The notes: a model not told the origin generated them from the sequence alone. A stretch of 64,000 nt of DNA from Flavobacteriales bacterium (GCA_003331305.1 QOQB01000008.1:4305-68304); one strand, 5' to 3'. Counted from the stretch's first letter, positions 1 to 11,035 are shown. Numbers and translations are program-made.

Positions 1-85
1 AAAGCACACATTTGCCCAGTCTATGTTTTGGGCTACTAACTGCTGAACGACGCTTCCAAGAAAAGAGTTAGGCATAGCCTAAAAT

Positions 86-114
86 AAAAAAACGCGGTGA
101 ATTCACCGCGTTTT
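86..114. terminator. Bidirectional rho-independent terminator
   Basis: 7-bp GC-rich stem CGCGGTG/CACCGCG (93-99 / 104-110) with an AATT loop. A-run upstream and T-run downstream. Lies 24 nt past the stop of the minus-strand OmpA gene. Confidence 0.8.
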
Positions 115-137
115 CTAATGCTTTATTTTAAACGTGA

Positions 138-1448
138 CTAGTTCACTACTTTGAACTCTACACGACGATTAATCGCACGACCTTCTTCTGTGTCGTTACT
201 CGCTTTTGGCATAGCCTCGCCAAATGCTTTAGTGCTTAAACGATTTTCGTCTATACCGAGATTCACCAAGTAATCTTTAATTGATTTAGATCGGTTTTTA
301 GAAAGTGGATTGTTGTACGATTCTTCACCTGTGTTATCGGCATGCCCTTCAATGCTAATGTTTGCATCACTGTTTGCCAACAATACTTTAAGAACTGTTG
401 AAAGACGTTGAACGTCTTGTGAGTCAATGTTGTACTTTTCTAAGTCAAAATTGATATCATAATCGGCTAACATAGAAAGAGGGTACTCTGGGCAGCCGTT
501 ATTTGATGCAGGACCTGGAACCGCAGGACATTTATCGTCTTTATCTGCAACGCTATCGCCGTCTGCATCTGGACAGCCATTCAATTCTTTGCTACCTGCA
601 GCATTTGGACATGCGTCATCTGCATCTGTAACACCATCTCCGTCTGCATCTGGGCAGCCGCTAAGCGCTGCAACTCCAGCTACATTTGGACAAGCATCCT
701 CAGAATCCTTAATGCCGTCGTTATCCGCATCTGGGCAACCATTTAGAGCTGCTAAGCCAGCTGTTAACGGGCAGTCGTCGTCACTGTTTTTAATGCCATC
801 TCCGTCATCATCAGGACAACCGTTAAGGCTTTCAAGACCTGCAACGTCCGGACATGCATCTTCGCTGTCCTTAACGCCATCTCTGTCTTTATCTCCATCA
901 CCAAAAGCAAAAGATAAGCCTGCCGTGTGTTGTAAGTGATTAGAGTGTGAATAATTTCCATCTAATAATAAGTTGTTAACCTCCTTAGCAATTGGCTTAT
1001 ACGATGTTTTAATGCTTAAAGCAAATGCGTCATTAAACCAATAATTCAAGCCGGCCCCTACATAAGAGGTAATAAAGTCATCTCCTTCAATATCAACAAG
1101 ACCTAAACCTGCGTGTAAAGTGGGTTCAAAATTTCCAAGATCGATTATTTCTCTTGAAGTTAAAGATGCCCCTAGATTAACTCCGAAGTATATGTTATCA
1201 GCACCTGACTCTCGTGTTAAGTTGTTAATTGTTCCTGACAGATCTAGTGAGAATCCAGACCCTACATATCTAGAAATTTCTAAATAAGAAAAGTTTGGGG
1301 AAATTTGTGTTTCTCTGTCTTTGCCTTCCATCATGAGGTTAACAGCATTTGTACCCGTAGTTATTTTCCATGGATTGGTATCGTTTTGCGCCACAACGCT
1401 AGTTGTTAAACCAACTAGTAGAAGTGTAATAAATATATAATTTTTCAT
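138..1448 (-). CDS. OmpA-family outer-membrane protein with thrombospondin type-3-like repeats
   Basis: 436 aa. Signal peptide MKNYIFITLLLVGLTTSVVAQ, N-terminal beta-barrel-like region, five D-x-D-x-DG...CP...NGCP repeats, and a C-terminal OmpA peptidoglycan-binding domain (GHADNTG...NRRVEF). Confidence 0.9.
   Translation of the reverse strand: MKNYIFITLLLVGLTTSVVAQNDTNPWKITTGTNAVNLMMEGKDRETQISPNFSYLEISRYVGSGFSLDLSGTINNLTRESGADNIYFGVNLGASLTSREIIDLGNFEPTLHAGLGLVDIEGDDFITSYVGAGLNYWFNDAFALSIKTSYKPIAKEVNNLLLDGNYSHSNHLQHTAGLSFAFGDGDKDRDGVKDSEDACPDVAGLESLNGCPDDDGDGIKNSDDDCPLTAGLAALNGCPDADNDGIKDSEDACPNVAGVAALSGCPDADGDGVTDADDACPNAAGSKELNGCPDADGDSVADKDDKCPAVPGPASNNGCPEYPLSMLADYDINFDLEKYNIDSQDVQRLSTVLKVLLANSDANISIEGHADNTGEESYNNPLSKNRSKSIKDYLVNLGIDENRLSTKAFGEAMPKASNDTEEGRAINRRVEFKVVN
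489..893 (-). repeat. Five tandem 81-nt (27-codon) coding repeats (TSP3-like calcium-binding units)
   Basis: Protein residues 186-320 read DKDRDGVKDSEDACPDVAGLESLNGCP / DDDGDGIKNSDDDCPLTAGLAALNGCP / DADNDGIKDSEDACPNVAGVAALSGCP / DADGDGVTDADDACPNAAGSKELNGCP / DADGDSVADKDDKCPAVPGPASNNGCP. Confidence 0.85.
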
Positions 1449-1467
1449 TTGTAGATTAATATTTGCG

Positions 1468-1475
1468 CAAATTTA
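1468..1475 (-). promoter_or_regulatory. Bacteroidota -7 promoter box TAAATTTG (OmpA gene)
   Basis: Matches TAnnTTTG on the minus strand, 20 nt upstream of the ATG at 1448. Confidence 0.45.
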
Positions 1476-1553
1476 ATAAAAAAACACGAGTCAACCCCAG
1501 TTAATAATTTCTCCTGTAAACCATTGATGTCAAAAATAATTACAGTTAAGGGG

Positions 1554-4500
1554 CTAAGAGGATGTTTTGATGTTTTTAATCGTTATGGGGCTATTTATAT
1601 AAACGAGTGTTTTTTGTTTAATTTTCACTGTTCCTTTATTTAATGCCCGCGCATATTCGTCAATTTGACTTTCGTGATTCTTTTTGTGAACACCTGTTTT
1701 GTAGTCTAATAAAAAAACGTCATTGTTTTTTGTTATCACAAAACGGTCTGGACGAATAACTTCTCCTGTTTCCGTAAGTAGCGGTCGTTCGCAATAAACG
1801 TTGTTGGCTGGGTCAAAAAAGCTCCTCAAGCCCTTGTGCCCTACCAAGTCTTTAACTTGAGTCTTTAATTCCGTGAATTTACTTGAACTCAACAATGTCT
1901 TAGCATTTGACTGTGACAAAGCATTATCTATGTCTTGCGGAACCTCAATTTTAGCCATTATTTCATGAAAAAGTAATCCATATTGCATCTCTTCAGATTT
2001 TTTATATGTCTGTGCAGTAGTGTTTGTAGTGTGCAATACATTAAATTGCCACGGAGTTCTAATTGTACTTTTTTGCGCACCTGACTTAATTGGTTTTTCA
2101 CGCTTTCCAAATACTGCGCTTCTTTCCAGTAGTTCTGGGAACAATTGCGCGATAACATCCGCCAAGTTGCTTGGGGCATCATTTGTTTTCCCCTTTTGTG
2201 TTATGAGATGCAGCTCTTTTACAGGGCGTGTCATTCCTACATAAAGTGTATTAAATGTGTCCATAACTGCTTGTGAATAGTAGGTTTCATAAATGTTTTT
2301 TGCGCCATCGCCCATTGCGTTAAGTCTCTTATTCACAGGCAGAAGCATTTCTTCAAATGGTGCATACGACTCTTTTGGTAGTGGATACCAAGCATAGGTG
2401 GTGTTTCTGCTAATAAAAGCAGTATCCGAAAACGGGAGAATTACTACGGGAAACGCCAACCCTTTTGCCTTGTGTATGGTCATAATTTGAACCGCATCTA
2501 TTTCTCCTGGTGGAGATACCGTCCAACTCTCTTTTTTTAATTCCCATTGGGCTAACAACGCTGTGGTGGTTGCTTCTTTTTTTGCATGCAATTTGTCAAC
2601 TTCATCCAAAAAGGCTTGTATATGTGCCGTTAGCTTATCGGTTAATGAAAAGGCCCACACGGCATACTCAAGTGCAGCATAAAGGGTAAGTTTTTGAAAC
2701 GTTCTAAAATCAAATTTTCCAGATGTACACTCCACAAGTACAGCTGTCAAAGGGCGCTCTAGCTGCTGTTGTGTCCATGCGTTTGGGTCTAGTTGTTGGA
2801 GTGCAAATCGTTCCAAAACAGCATACCGACTGATGCCGCTTTTAGGCTCCAGTCTAAGCTTCACTAAATGCATTAAAAACTGCACCGCTGGGCTTTGGGA
2901 TATAAGTAGTGCATCTGATGAAATAATAGGAATATCTGCTTCCGTAAGGGCATTGGCAATTTGTGAGGCTTGCTCGTTCTTTCTTACCAGTACACAAATG
3001 TCTTTTTTCTGAAAACCGTGGTTTATGCAATCATTAACTTTTTCAATTACCGCGTTTTGATATGCAATTACACGCTCATCCTTTATTTTTCCTTCTATGG
3101 TATCGATTGTAATATAACCACCGGTTTGAGTGTGAGCCGCCTGATTACAGGTAGTTGTATAGAGTTCTTGTTGCTGTTTTTTGGGTAAAAATTGCGCTGC
3201 TTTTGTAAAAAACATATTGTTAAACGATACAATTTCTGCCTCACTCCGGTAATTTGTGGGTAGGTTTTTCACTTCAGGCGATATCGTAAATGGCCCTTTT
3301 TTATTTGTCAGTCTCATAAACTGCTCTGGGTTTCCGCCGCGCCATCGGTAGATTGACTGTTTAGCGTCGCCAACAAGCACCAAAGACCCTTGGCGCTGTT
3401 CCCCCTCTAGCGCATGTGAAAAAAGCGGATGCAAGTTTTCCCACTGTAACTCAGAAGTGTCTTGAAACTCATCCACAAAAAAGTGTTTATACCGAACCCC
3501 CAATCGTTCGTAAATAAAGGGGGTGGGAATGTCCTTTATGTTGTCTGAAATGTACTTGTTAAAAAATCCTAATAATTGACTGTTGCGTTCCTCTTGCAGC
3601 AAACTTGCCTCATGCCCTATGCACTGCATCAGTGAAAGCGGCACAATGTTTTTCCTAAGTAATTCCAAAAGCGAAACCTGCCGCCAATAACGATTATACG
3701 ATTGTAAAAAACTGATAATATCATCTGTAATAGGATCTATTGATGCCTGATATTGTTTTGCGTTTGCTCTTAAAAAAACACCTGTTTCCATGCTTTTTTG
3801 CATGGTTATGTTTAGTGGGGTTTTTGTCCACTGGCCCTGTTGCACGGAACGCAACATGTTTGGTAAGGCCTGACGTGGAAACAAATCGTCAATTAAGTCT
3901 GATTGTTGAAAAAACATCAAAATAGCCGTTGCTTTCTCCTTAAATGGGTGCTTTATCGTGTTAATCTGACTATCCGTTTTCTTGTCAAATGCCTTAAACG
4001 CATCCATTGGCATTTCAGAAAGCCTAGTCAGCGGCTGCATGTGATTCTCATTGATAAACATTTGGGCAACTTCTGTAACTTCCTTTGTTACGTCCCACGA
4101 TTTTAAGTCATCTGCTTTTTGCAACACATAATCAACAAGTGTTTTAGTTAGTGTTTTATTCTGTCCTGCCTCGCTCAAAATTCTTTCGACCACTTCTGAC
4201 ATAAATTCTTTGCTGTCTAATACGACATCAAAACGAGCATTTAGTCCAAAATCTCGAGCAAAGGTTCGAATAATCTGGTGTGTCAGTCTATCAATTGTTG
4301 ATACATTTAATTGGCCAAAATGATGCAATGTGTACAGGAATGCTCTTTTGGCTCGTTGGTGCAGCTCATTGGGCAAAATATCGCAAAGCTTCACAAGCTC
4401 TCTAAACATGTTGTCTTGTTCTGCCGCTTGAACGCCAGAGGCAAAACATTCTAGTTTTTCCAATATGCGTTGCTTCATCTCTTGAGCCGCTTTGTTGGTA

Positions 4501-4646
4501 AACGTAATCGCGAGTAGGCGTTGTACTTGATTTGCGTATGGACTACTCAAAAGCCTATGTAAAAAAGAACGCACAAGCGTATGCGTCTTTCCCGCTCCTG
4601 CAGAGGCATTGTAAATGATAAATGGAGGCGTATTTGAACTGAGCAT
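1554..4646 (-). CDS. UvrD/Rep-family helicase fused to PD-(D/E)XK nuclease (AddA/RecB-like)
   Basis: 1030 aa. Walker [13 protein letters not shown], helicase motifs FVDEFQDTS and [15 protein letters not shown]-terminal RecB-type nuclease motif FLLDYKTG. Confidence 0.85.
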   Translation of the reverse strand: MLSSNTPPFIIYNASAGAGKTHTLVRSFLHRLLSSPYANQVQRLLAITFTNKAAQEMKQRILEKLECFASGVQAAEQDNMFRELVKLCDILPNELHQRAKRAFLYTLHHFGQLNVSTIDRLTHQIIRTFARDFGLNARFDVVLDSKEFMSEVVERILSEAGQNKTLTKTLVDYVLQKADDLKSWDVTKEVTEVAQMFINENHMQPLTRLSEMPMDAFKAFDKKTDSQINTIKHPFKEKATAILMFFQQSDLIDDLFPRQALPNMLRSVQQGQWTKTPLNITMQKSMETGVFLRANAKQYQASIDPITDDIISFLQSYNRYWRQVSLLELLRKNIVPLSLMQCIGHEASLLQEERNSQLLGFFNKYISDNIKDIPTPFIYERLGVRYKHFFVDEFQDTSELQWENLHPLFSHALEGEQRQGSLVLVGDAKQSIYRWRGGNPEQFMRLTNKKGPFTISPEVKNLPTNYRSEAEIVSFNNMFFTKAAQFLPKKQQQELYTTTCNQAAHTQTGGYITIDTIEGKIKDERVIAYQNAVIEKVNDCINHGFQKKDICVLVRKNEQASQIANALTEADIPIISSDALLISQSPAVQFLMHLVKLRLEPKSGISRYAVLERFALQQLDPNAWTQQQLERPLTAVLVECTSGKFDFRTFQKLTLYAALEYAVWAFSLTDKLTAHIQAFLDEVDKLHAKKEATTTALLAQWELKKESWTVSPPGEIDAVQIMTIHKAKGLAFPVVILPFSDTAFISRNTTYAWYPLPKESYAPFEEMLLPVNKRLNAMGDGAKNIYETYYSQAVMDTFNTLYVGMTRPVKELHLITQKGKTNDAPSNLADVIAQLFPELLERSAVFGKREKPIKSGAQKSTIRTPWQFNVLHTTNTTAQTYKKSEEMQYGLLFHEIMAKIEVPQDIDNALSQSNAKTLLSSSKFTELKTQVKDLVGHKGLRSFFDPANNVYCERPLLTETGEVIRPDRFVITKNNDVFLLDYKTGVHKKNHESQIDEYARALNKGTVKIKQKTLVYINSPITIKNIKTSS

Positions 4647-4688
4647 GCCGTGTTCTAAAAGTCTTTATTAAATATAGGAATATATGCC

Positions 4689-4696
4689 TAAATTTG
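4689..4696 (+). promoter_or_regulatory. -7 promoter box TAAATTTG (sod)
   Basis: TAnnTTTG match 22 nt upstream of the ATG at 4718. Confidence 0.45.
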
Positions 4697-4717
4697 TACA
4701 AATTAAAAAATATTAAA

Positions 4718-5320
4718 ATGGCTTTTGAACTTCCTTCTTTACCATATGCTGCTGATGCATTGGAACCACACATAGACACACGTACCATGGAGATACATCA
4801 TGGCAAACACCATAACGGGTATACAACAAAACTTAATGCTGCCGTTGAAGGCACCGCATTAGAGGGGAGTAGTATTGACGCTATTCTTTCTGGATTGGAT
4901 ATGGGCAACGCCGCTCTTCGTAACAATGGAGGTGGCTACTACAATCACTGCTTATTTTGGGAAATCATGGGGCCAGACGCTGGAGAAATGTCTGCTGAAT
5001 TAACTCAAGCAATTGACAAGGCATTTGGTTCTTTTGAAGGATTTAAAGATGCCTTTTCAAAAGCGGCAGCGGCGCAATTTGGTTCGGGCTGGGCATGGCT
5101 ATGCGCACATGATGATGGCAGCTTGGAAGTGTGTGGCACACCAAATCAAGACAATCCACTAATGCCAAACGTCGGCTGTGGTGGTACGCCTGTGCTCGGA
5201 TTGGACGTGTGGGAACACGCTTACTACTTAAATTACCAAAATCGCCGACCAGATTATATCGAAGCATTCTTTCATGTTGTTAACTGGAGCGAGGTCAGCA
5301 AACGCTACGCTTCTCGCTAA
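4718..5320 (+). CDS. sod: Fe/Mn-family superoxide dismutase
   Basis: Motifs [15 protein letters not shown] and [12 protein letters not shown] 4718 is preferred because the ORF-track start at 4694 is a TTG overlapping the -7 box. Confidence 0.92.
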   Translation: MAFELPSLPYAADALEPHIDTRTMEIHHGKHHNGYTTKLNAAVEGTALEGSSIDAILSGLDMGNAALRNNGGGYYNHCLFWEIMGPDAGEMSAELTQAIDKAFGSFEGFKDAFSKAAAAQFGSGWAWLCAHDDGSLEVCGTPNQDNPLMPNVGCGGTPVLGLDVWEHAYYLNYQNRRPDYIEAFFHVVNWSEVSKRYASR

Positions 5321-5380
5321 TATTCAATTAGTTATAGAAACAGAAAAAAGTGCAATAAGCCCTCTTTTTTTGTATAAAAT

Positions 5381-5409
5381 AAAAAAGGTGGAAAGAATCC
5401 ACCTTTTTT
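5381..5409. terminator. Bidirectional rho-independent terminator between convergent sod and purF
   Basis: Stem GGTGGA/TCCACC (5387-5392 / 5398-5403) with a 5-nt loop, flanked by A6 upstream and T6 downstream. Confidence 0.75.
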
Positions 5410-5520
5410 GCCCCAAATCTTACCATGAACTTAACCTACTTATGTTATGGCTTTGCTAATATACAAACTCATTTTACATTTCAAAATAAAAATGAAAAAA
5501 AAATACTTTTTTATTTAAAT

Positions 5521-7416
5521 TTAGTAGGCACGTTCCTTTTTTCCTTCGTAGAAATTCATATACGCCCTATTTACTACCTTATTACCCCCTGGTGTTGGAT
5601 ACAGTCCCGTGAAGTACCAATCGCCCGTATTGCCTGGACAAGCTTTGTGCAAATGGGCAACAGACTGAAAAATAACATCAACCTCAGCGTTAATTTCGTC
5701 AGTACGTAGCATCGTGGCTATTTTTTTTGAAATCTGTTCGTCTGTAAATTGATCATAAAGCGATTTGACGTGGTTTTCAATTTCATGTGTTTCTTTATCC
5801 ATGTCTGCCTTGGCACGTTCATATACCTCTGCCAATTGATGTGTTTTGTTGTTGTCCTTAAGTAGTGCAAGCATAGCCCTAAAAGCTATCAAATCCTCCA
5901 ATCTTGCCATGTCTATTCCGTAACAGTCGGGGTAGCGAATTTGCGGTGCGCTCGAAACGACGGTAATTTTCTTAGGGTTTAGCCGATCTAAAATCCGTAA
6001 AATGCTTTTTTGAAGTGTTGTACCGCGGACAATACTATCATCAATAATGACAAGGTTGTCGTTTGGCTTTACAGACTCGTAGGTAATGTCATAAACGTGT
6101 GCTACCAAATCATCTCTGCTGCTGTCTTCAGTTATAAAGGTGCGAAGCTTGACATCTTTTATAGTAACCTTTTCTATTCGTGGTCTTGGCGATAACAATT
6201 CATTTAATCGATCCGCAGTTAGTTTTGGCTCGTTTAGTATCGCCGCTTTAGATTCCTCTAACATATGATCCTGAACGCGTTGTACCAAGCCGTAAAAGGA
6301 CGTTTCAGCCGTATTTGGAATATACGAAAACACGGTGTTTTGCAAGTCTCCATTTACAGACTCGTAAATTTTTGGAAACAACAACCGCCCTAATGCCTTA
6401 CGTTCTTTGTAGATATCAGCGTCGTTTCCTCTTGAAAAATAAATGCGTTCAAATGAGCAAGCGCGACGTTCTGTCGGCGTATTTATTTCTTCGTGAATAA
6501 CCTTTCCTGACTTCTTAATAATAATCGCATTGCCAGGCAATACTTCTTTAACTGCATCAATCGGCACATTGAAAACGGTTTGAATTGCTGGGCGCTCTGA
6601 AGCAACCACCACAACTTCGTCGTCTTGAAAATAAAAGGCAGGGCGTATTCCCGCAGGGTCGCGAAAAACAAATGAATCTCCGTGGCCTAGCATGCCGCCA
6701 ATTACATACCCTCCGTCCCAGTTTTTGGAGGCTCTTCGTAAAATTTTTCCAATATTTAGCCGACTCGCTATTTCGAGGGATGCACCTTGCTTATCAAAGC
6801 CTTCAACTTTTAATTTTTTGTACAGTTTTGAAACAGAATCATCCAAAAAGTGACCAATCTTTTCCATTATCGTAACCGTGTCCGCCTTTTCTTTTGGATG
6901 TTGTCCAAGGTTGACTAGGTTATCAAAAAGCTCATTTACATTGGTCAAATTGAAGTTCCCAGCAACGATTAGGTTACGGTGCATCCAGTTGTTTTGTCGC
7001 AAAAACGGGTGAACGCTTTCTATGGTGTTTTTTCCAAATGTTCCATACCTAAGGTGACCAAGCATTACCTCACCCACATATGGGAAAACAGATTTTAATT
7101 CTTCTGGTGACACAACTGGCTTTTCGAGTGATTCCTCAACGCCATTGATGCGTGCGTTTATTTTTCCAAAAATATCTTTAATGGGTTGCTGTTCCGAAGA
7201 ACGTACTCGGCTCATAAAGCGTTCGCCTGCAGCCATGTCTAACTTGATGCTTGCAAAGCCCGCGCCATCTTGACCGCGGTTATGCTGCTTTTCCAGCATC
7301 AAATACATTTTTTGAAGTCCGTAAAACGAACTTCCGTATTTTTCCTTGTAATAGTCTAGGGGTTTGAGAAGCCTGACTAAGGCTATTCCGCACTCGTGCT
7401 TGATGGCATCGCTCAT
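5521..7416 (-). CDS. purF: Amidophosphoribosyltransferase
   Basis: 631 aa. N-terminal glutamine amidotransferase class-II nucleophile (MSDAIKHECGI) and PRTase motif VIIDDSIVRGTT. Confidence 0.9.
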   Translation of the reverse strand: MSDAIKHECGIALVRLLKPLDYYKEKYGSSFYGLQKMYLMLEKQHNRGQDGAGFASIKLDMAAGERFMSRVRSSEQQPIKDIFGKINARINGVEESLEKPVVSPEELKSVFPYVGEVMLGHLRYGTFGKNTIESVHPFLRQNNWMHRNLIVAGNFNLTNVNELFDNLVNLGQHPKEKADTVTIMEKIGHFLDDSVSKLYKKLKVEGFDKQGASLEIASRLNIGKILRRASKNWDGGYVIGGMLGHGDSFVFRDPAGIRPAFYFQDDEVVVVASERPAIQTVFNVPIDAVKEVLPGNAIIIKKSGKVIHEEINTPTERRACSFERIYFSRGNDADIYKERKALGRLLFPKIYESVNGDLQNTVFSYIPNTAETSFYGLVQRVQDHMLEESKAAILNEPKLTADRLNELLSPRPRIEKVTIKDVKLRTFITEDSSRDDLVAHVYDITYESVKPNDNLVIIDDSIVRGTTLQKSILRILDRLNPKKITVVSSAPQIRYPDCYGIDMARLEDLIAFRAMLALLKDNNKTHQLAEVYERAKADMDKETHEIENHVKSLYDQFTDEQISKKIATMLRTDEINAEVDVIFQSVAHLHKACPGNTGDWYFTGLYPTPGGNKVVNRAYMNFYEGKKERAY

Positions 7417-7420
7417 TGCA

Positions 7421-7428
7421 CAAAATTA
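7421..7428 (-). promoter_or_regulatory. -7 promoter box TAATTTTG (purF)
   Basis: TAnnTTTG on the minus strand, 5 nt upstream of the purF ATG. This implies a leaderless or very short leader. Confidence 0.4.
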
Positions 7429-7454
7429 ACTAAAATTACTGGTAGTTTCACTGT

Positions 7455-8381
7455 TTATGCGGATATGTTTCGCAAACGTTCTAGTTTTTGGAGCTGTGCT
7501 AAAAAATCTGCTTTGCTTGATTGAACCAAATTTGCAGTTCCCATGGCACCAACACATAAAGAGGCTGCTGTGGTTCCATATAAAATCCCTTTTTTGATGA
7601 CTGGTGCTGTTGTTGTGTTTTGCGCTGCCAAATAGCCCGAAAGCCCTCCTGCAAAGCTGTCGCCCGCTCCAGTGGGGTCAACAACATTCTCTAGAGGCAA
7701 GGCAGGTGCAAAAAAGGGTTGGTCTTTATAAAAGAGAAGCGCTCCGTGCTCTCCCTTTTTGATAATCACAAATTCAGGGCCCATTTTATGAATGGCTTTG
7801 GCCGCCAAAACTAAATTTGTTTGTCCACTAAGCTGCATGGCCTCTTCATCATTGATGGTGATGACATCAACCTCCTTTATAACGTCTAAAAGAGCCGCTA
7901 GTTCCAAGTCCATCCAAAAATTCATGGTGTCTAAAAGTACCGTTCGGCTTGGGTTAGGCGTAAGTTGATCCAACACTTTGCGTTGCACTTTTGGGTCTAG
8001 ATTACCAAGCATTACTACCGAGGCGTCTCTGTGTTTTTTAGGAACAGTTGGGTTAAAATCTGCCAATACATTTAGTTGCGTATCAAGCGTGTCCCGCTTA
8101 TTCATATTGGTATGGTATTTTCCTTTCCAGTAAAACGACTTCCCCCCCATAACTTGTTCAACTCCAGAAATGTCAATACCCCTGTTGGTTAACAAGCTAA
8201 GGTGTTCTTCTGGAAAATCTTCTCCCACCACAGAAACGGCAGCAATATCAGCGTCGGCATAGGCTGCCGCCAATCCGATGTATGTAGCCGCGCCACCTAA
8301 AATTTTACCCGATTCTGCTGTGGGTGTGATAATCTCATCAAAAGCCATCGTTCCTACGATTACCAATTTGTTGTTTTTCAT
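7455..8381 (-). CDS. PfkB/ribokinase-family sugar kinase
   Basis: 308 aa. PfkB signatures GGAATY and DPTGAGDSFAGG. Confidence 0.85.
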   Translation of the reverse strand: MKNNKLVIVGTMAFDEIITPTAESGKILGGAATYIGLAAAYADADIAAVSVVGEDFPEEHLSLLTNRGIDISGVEQVMGGKSFYWKGKYHTNMNKRDTLDTQLNVLADFNPTVPKKHRDASVVMLGNLDPKVQRKVLDQLTPNPSRTVLLDTMNFWMDLELAALLDVIKEVDVITINDEEAMQLSGQTNLVLAAKAIHKMGPEFVIIKKGEHGALLFYKDQPFFAPALPLENVVDPTGAGDSFAGGLSGYLAAQNTTTAPVIKKGILYGTTAASLCVGAMGTANLVQSSKADFLAQLQKLERLRNISA

Positions 8382-8845
8382 ATTCTATTTGTTATGTATC
8401 CAGTATCTTGTTTGTTGTTTTGTTGTTTGGAGGCAGCTACCGCCAGCTTGTCACAGCGTTCATTTTGTGGATGTTGATTATGTCCTTTAATCCATGTAAT
8501 TTTCACTTGATGATTTCGATAAATTTTGAGGAATCGAAGCCATAAATCTTGATTTTTTTGTTTTTTAAACCCTTCTCGTTCCCATCGCATTAGCCACTTT
8601 TTTTCAACAGCATCGCAAATATATTTTGAATCCGTAAAAACCGTAACCTTCAAAGGGGATTCTTTGAGTAACTCTAATCCTACAATTACAGCCATAAGCT
8701 CCATCCGGTTGTTTGTTGTATGCTCAAATCCTTCGGAAAACTCTTTTTTATAAGGTGTTCCTGGTAGCTCTAGAATAAGCCCATAACCTCCAGGGCCGGG
8801 GTTACCACTTGCTGCGCCATCCGTATATAAATGAACTTGTTTCAT
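8378..8845 (-). CDS. rnhA: Ribonuclease HI
   Basis: 155 aa. Motifs YTDGAASGNPGPGG, NNRMEL and GHNQHPQNERCDKLA. 4-nt overlaps with both neighbouring genes. Confidence 0.9.
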   Translation of the reverse strand: MKQVHLYTDGAASGNPGPGGYGLILELPGTPYKKEFSEGFEHTTNNRMELMAVIVGLELLKESPLKVTVFTDSKYICDAVEKKWLMRWEREGFKKQKNQDLWLRFLKIYRNHQVKITWIKGHNQHPQNERCDKLAVAASKQQNNKQDTGYITNRI

Positions 8846-9405
8846 CCGTTTTGCAGCAGTTGATGAATTTGCGGAGCAAAATGCGCGTACTCCAATATAT
8901 GTGTTTTTTGAGCTATTTCTGATGCTGTATCTGATGTCGCAATCCTTGTTTTCGCTTGAAAAATTATGGTGCCTTCATCGTAGTGCTCGTTAACATAGTG
9001 AATGGTTATGCCTGTTTCGCTTTCGCTGTTTGCGACAATCGCGTCAAAAACATGTGCGCCATACATCCCTTTTCCTCCGTATTTTGGTAAAAGTGCAGGG
9101 TGTATGTTGATGATTTTATTGGGAAACGCTTCCGTGTAGGCTTGAGGTATCTTCCATAAAAATCCGGCTAAGACAATCAATGCAGGTTTTTGCACCTGTA
9201 ATTCTTCTAATACTTCCTTTTTGAAAGAAATTCGATCAAAAACGCGAGTTTTTACTCCGAGATTCGATGCGCGATTTATCACCCCTGCGTTAGGGTTGTT
9301 TGTGTATATTTTGCTTACCAAGACGTTTTCAACCTCCGCGAAATAAGAGATAATTTTTTCGGCATTGGTTCCAGAGCCAGAGGCGAAAACTACGATCGTT
9401 TTCAA
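8842..9405 (-). CDS. purN: Phosphoribosylglycinamide formyltransferase
   Basis: 187 aa. Motifs VFASGSGTN and NIHPALLPKYGG, typical of GAR transformylase. Confidence 0.9.
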   Translation of the reverse strand: MKTIVVFASGSGTNAEKIISYFAEVENVLVSKIYTNNPNAGVINRASNLGVKTRVFDRISFKKEVLEELQVQKPALIVLAGFLWKIPQAYTEAFPNKIINIHPALLPKYGGKGMYGAHVFDAIVANSESETGITIHYVNEHYDEGTIIFQAKTRIATSDTASEIAQKTHILEYAHFAPQIHQLLQNG

Positions 9406-9423
9406 GGGTTTTGATGTTTTTTA

Positions 9424-9431
9424 CAAAATTA
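9424..9431 (-). promoter_or_regulatory. -7 promoter box TAATTTTG (purN-rnhA-kinase operon)
   Basis: TAnnTTTG on the minus strand, 19 nt upstream of the purN ATG. Confidence 0.45.
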
Positions 9432-9510
9432 CGCATTTAAACTTGCATTCGTTTAAACTCGCTAGAAAGCAATATTTTTAAATAAAAATGTGTGGACAGT
9501 AAAGTTTTTC

Positions 9511-9518
9511 TATTTTTG
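9511..9518 (+). promoter_or_regulatory. -7 promoter box TATTTTTG (acpP-fabF-rnc)
   Basis: TAnnTTTG 24 nt upstream of the acpP ATG. Confidence 0.45.
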
Positions 9519-9541
9519 TCCGAAATATTAAAACCAAAATT

Positions 9542-9775
9542 ATGTCTGATATTGCATCACGTGTAAAAGCCATTATCGTAGATAAGCTAGGAGTTGACGA
9601 GAATGAAGTAGTTGCTGAGGCTAGCTTTACTAACGATTTAGGCGCAGACTCATTAGATACTGTAGAACTTATTATGGAGTTCGAAAAGGAGTTTGACATT
9701 CAAATTCCTGATGACCAAGCAGAAAACATTGCTACTGTTGGTCAAGCCATTCAATATATAGAAGGAAGTAAATAA
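9542..9775 (+). CDS. acpP: Acyl carrier protein
   Basis: 77 aa. Phosphopantetheine attachment motif [12 protein letters not shown]. Confidence 0.95.
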   Translation: MSDIASRVKAIIVDKLGVDENEVVAEASFTNDLGADSLDTVELIMEFEKEFDIQIPDDQAENIATVGQAIQYIEGSK

Positions 9776-9784
9776 TCATTTTTC

Positions 9785-11035
9785 ATGCTTAGGCGACGCG
9801 TTGTCGTTACTGGAATTGGAGCCTTAACACCAATTGGAAATACCCGAGACGCATATTGGAATGCTCTTGTGGCAGGAACAAGTGGAGCCGCCCCCATTAC
9901 CTATTTCGACGCATCTAAATTCAAAACTCAATTTGCGTGCGAGGTCAAAAACTTCGACCCGCTAGCGCATTTTGACAGAAAAGAAGCGCGTAAAATGGAT
10001 CGGTTTACACAGTATGCTATGGTCGCTTCAGACGAAGCCATCCAAGATGCTGGGTTAGATCTCGACGCTGTTGACAAGTCCAAAGTAGGTGTTATTTGGG
10101 GATCTGGTATTGGCGGGTTAGAAACCTTCCAAAACGAGGTGCTAAATTTTGCTGCTGGTAATGAAATCCCCCGTTTCAATCCGTTCTTTATCCCGAAAAT
10201 GATTGCAGACATTGCGCCTGGAATGATTTCGATTAAGTACGGTTTTAGAGGGCCAAACTTTGCAACCGTTTCGGCTTGTGCTTCCGCTGCAAATGCCATT
10301 ATTGATGCGCTAAACTATATTCGTTTAGGCTATGCCAACGTTATGGTTACGGGTGGGTCAGAAGCTGGTGTGGCTAAAGCAAGCATCGCTGGGTTTAATG
10401 CGCTTCAAGCGCTGTCAACTCGAAACGATGATCCCAAAACGGCATCAAGGCCTTTTGACAAAGAACGTGACGGGTTTGTCATGGGCGAAGGTTCGGGGGC
10501 ATTAATTTTAGAAAGCTTAGAGCACGCACAGGCGCGCGGCGCAACCATTTACGCCGAACTTTCCGGAGGAGGATTGTCCGCAGACGCGTATCATATTACA
10601 GCTCCGCATCCAGACGGGCTGGGAGCAACTAGCGTAATGGAAAACTGCTTGGCAGATGCTGGCGTTACTGCAACAGATATTGATGCCATCAATATGCATG
10701 GAACCTCCACGCCACTTGGTGATGTAGCCGAAACCAAAGCGCTAAAAAAAGTGTTTGGTGAGCATTTATATACCATGAATATCAATTCGACAAAGTCCAT
10801 GACGGGCCACCTCCTTGGCGCGGCCGGCGCTGTTGAAGCGATTGCGTCGATTTTAAGTATCAAGTATGGAATTGTTCCGCCAACCATCAATCATCAGACT
10901 GTTGATGAAAACATTGATCCAAACATCAATCTTACCCTAAACACTGCTCAGAAAAGAAACGTATCCATGGCCATGAGTAATACTTTTGGTTTTGGTGGGC
11001 ACAACGCTTGCGTTTTGTTTGCTAAAATGGATTGA
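9785..11035 (+). CDS. fabF: Beta-ketoacyl-ACP synthase II
   Basis: 416 aa. Active-site Cys in ATVSACASAANAI, plus HGTSTP, GHLLGAAG and NTFGFGGHN. Confidence 0.93.
   Translation: MLRRRVVVTGIGALTPIGNTRDAYWNALVAGTSGAAPITYFDASKFKTQFACEVKNFDPLAHFDRKEARKMDRFTQYAMVASDEAIQDAGLDLDAVDKSKVGVIWGSGIGGLETFQNEVLNFAAGNEIPRFNPFFIPKMIADIAPGMISIKYGFRGPNFATVSACASAANAIIDALNYIRLGYANVMVTGGSEAGVAKASIAGFNALQALSTRNDDPKTASRPFDKERDGFVMGEGSGALILESLEHAQARGATIYAELSGGGLSADAYHITAPHPDGLGATSVMENCLADAGVTATDIDAINMHGTSTPLGDVAETKALKKVFGEHLYTMNINSTKSMTGHLLGAAGAVEAIASILSIKYGIVPPTINHQTVDENIDPNINLTLNTAQKRNVSMAMSNTFGFGGHNACVLFAKMD

Noticed and set aside
1-71. Possible 3' end of a plus-strand gene entering from the left (frame 3 is open to TAG at 69-71)
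   Set aside because: Only 22 codons are visible and all three frames are short. The bidirectional terminator at 86-114 is consistent with such a gene, but the product cannot be identified.
589-939. 116-aa plus-strand ORF (Ser/Pro/Ala-rich) antisense to the OmpA gene
   Set aside because: It mirrors the periodic TSP3 coding repeats on the opposite strand. Its low-complexity composition and lack of any promoter box or independent signal mark it as a repeat-induced antisense artefact.
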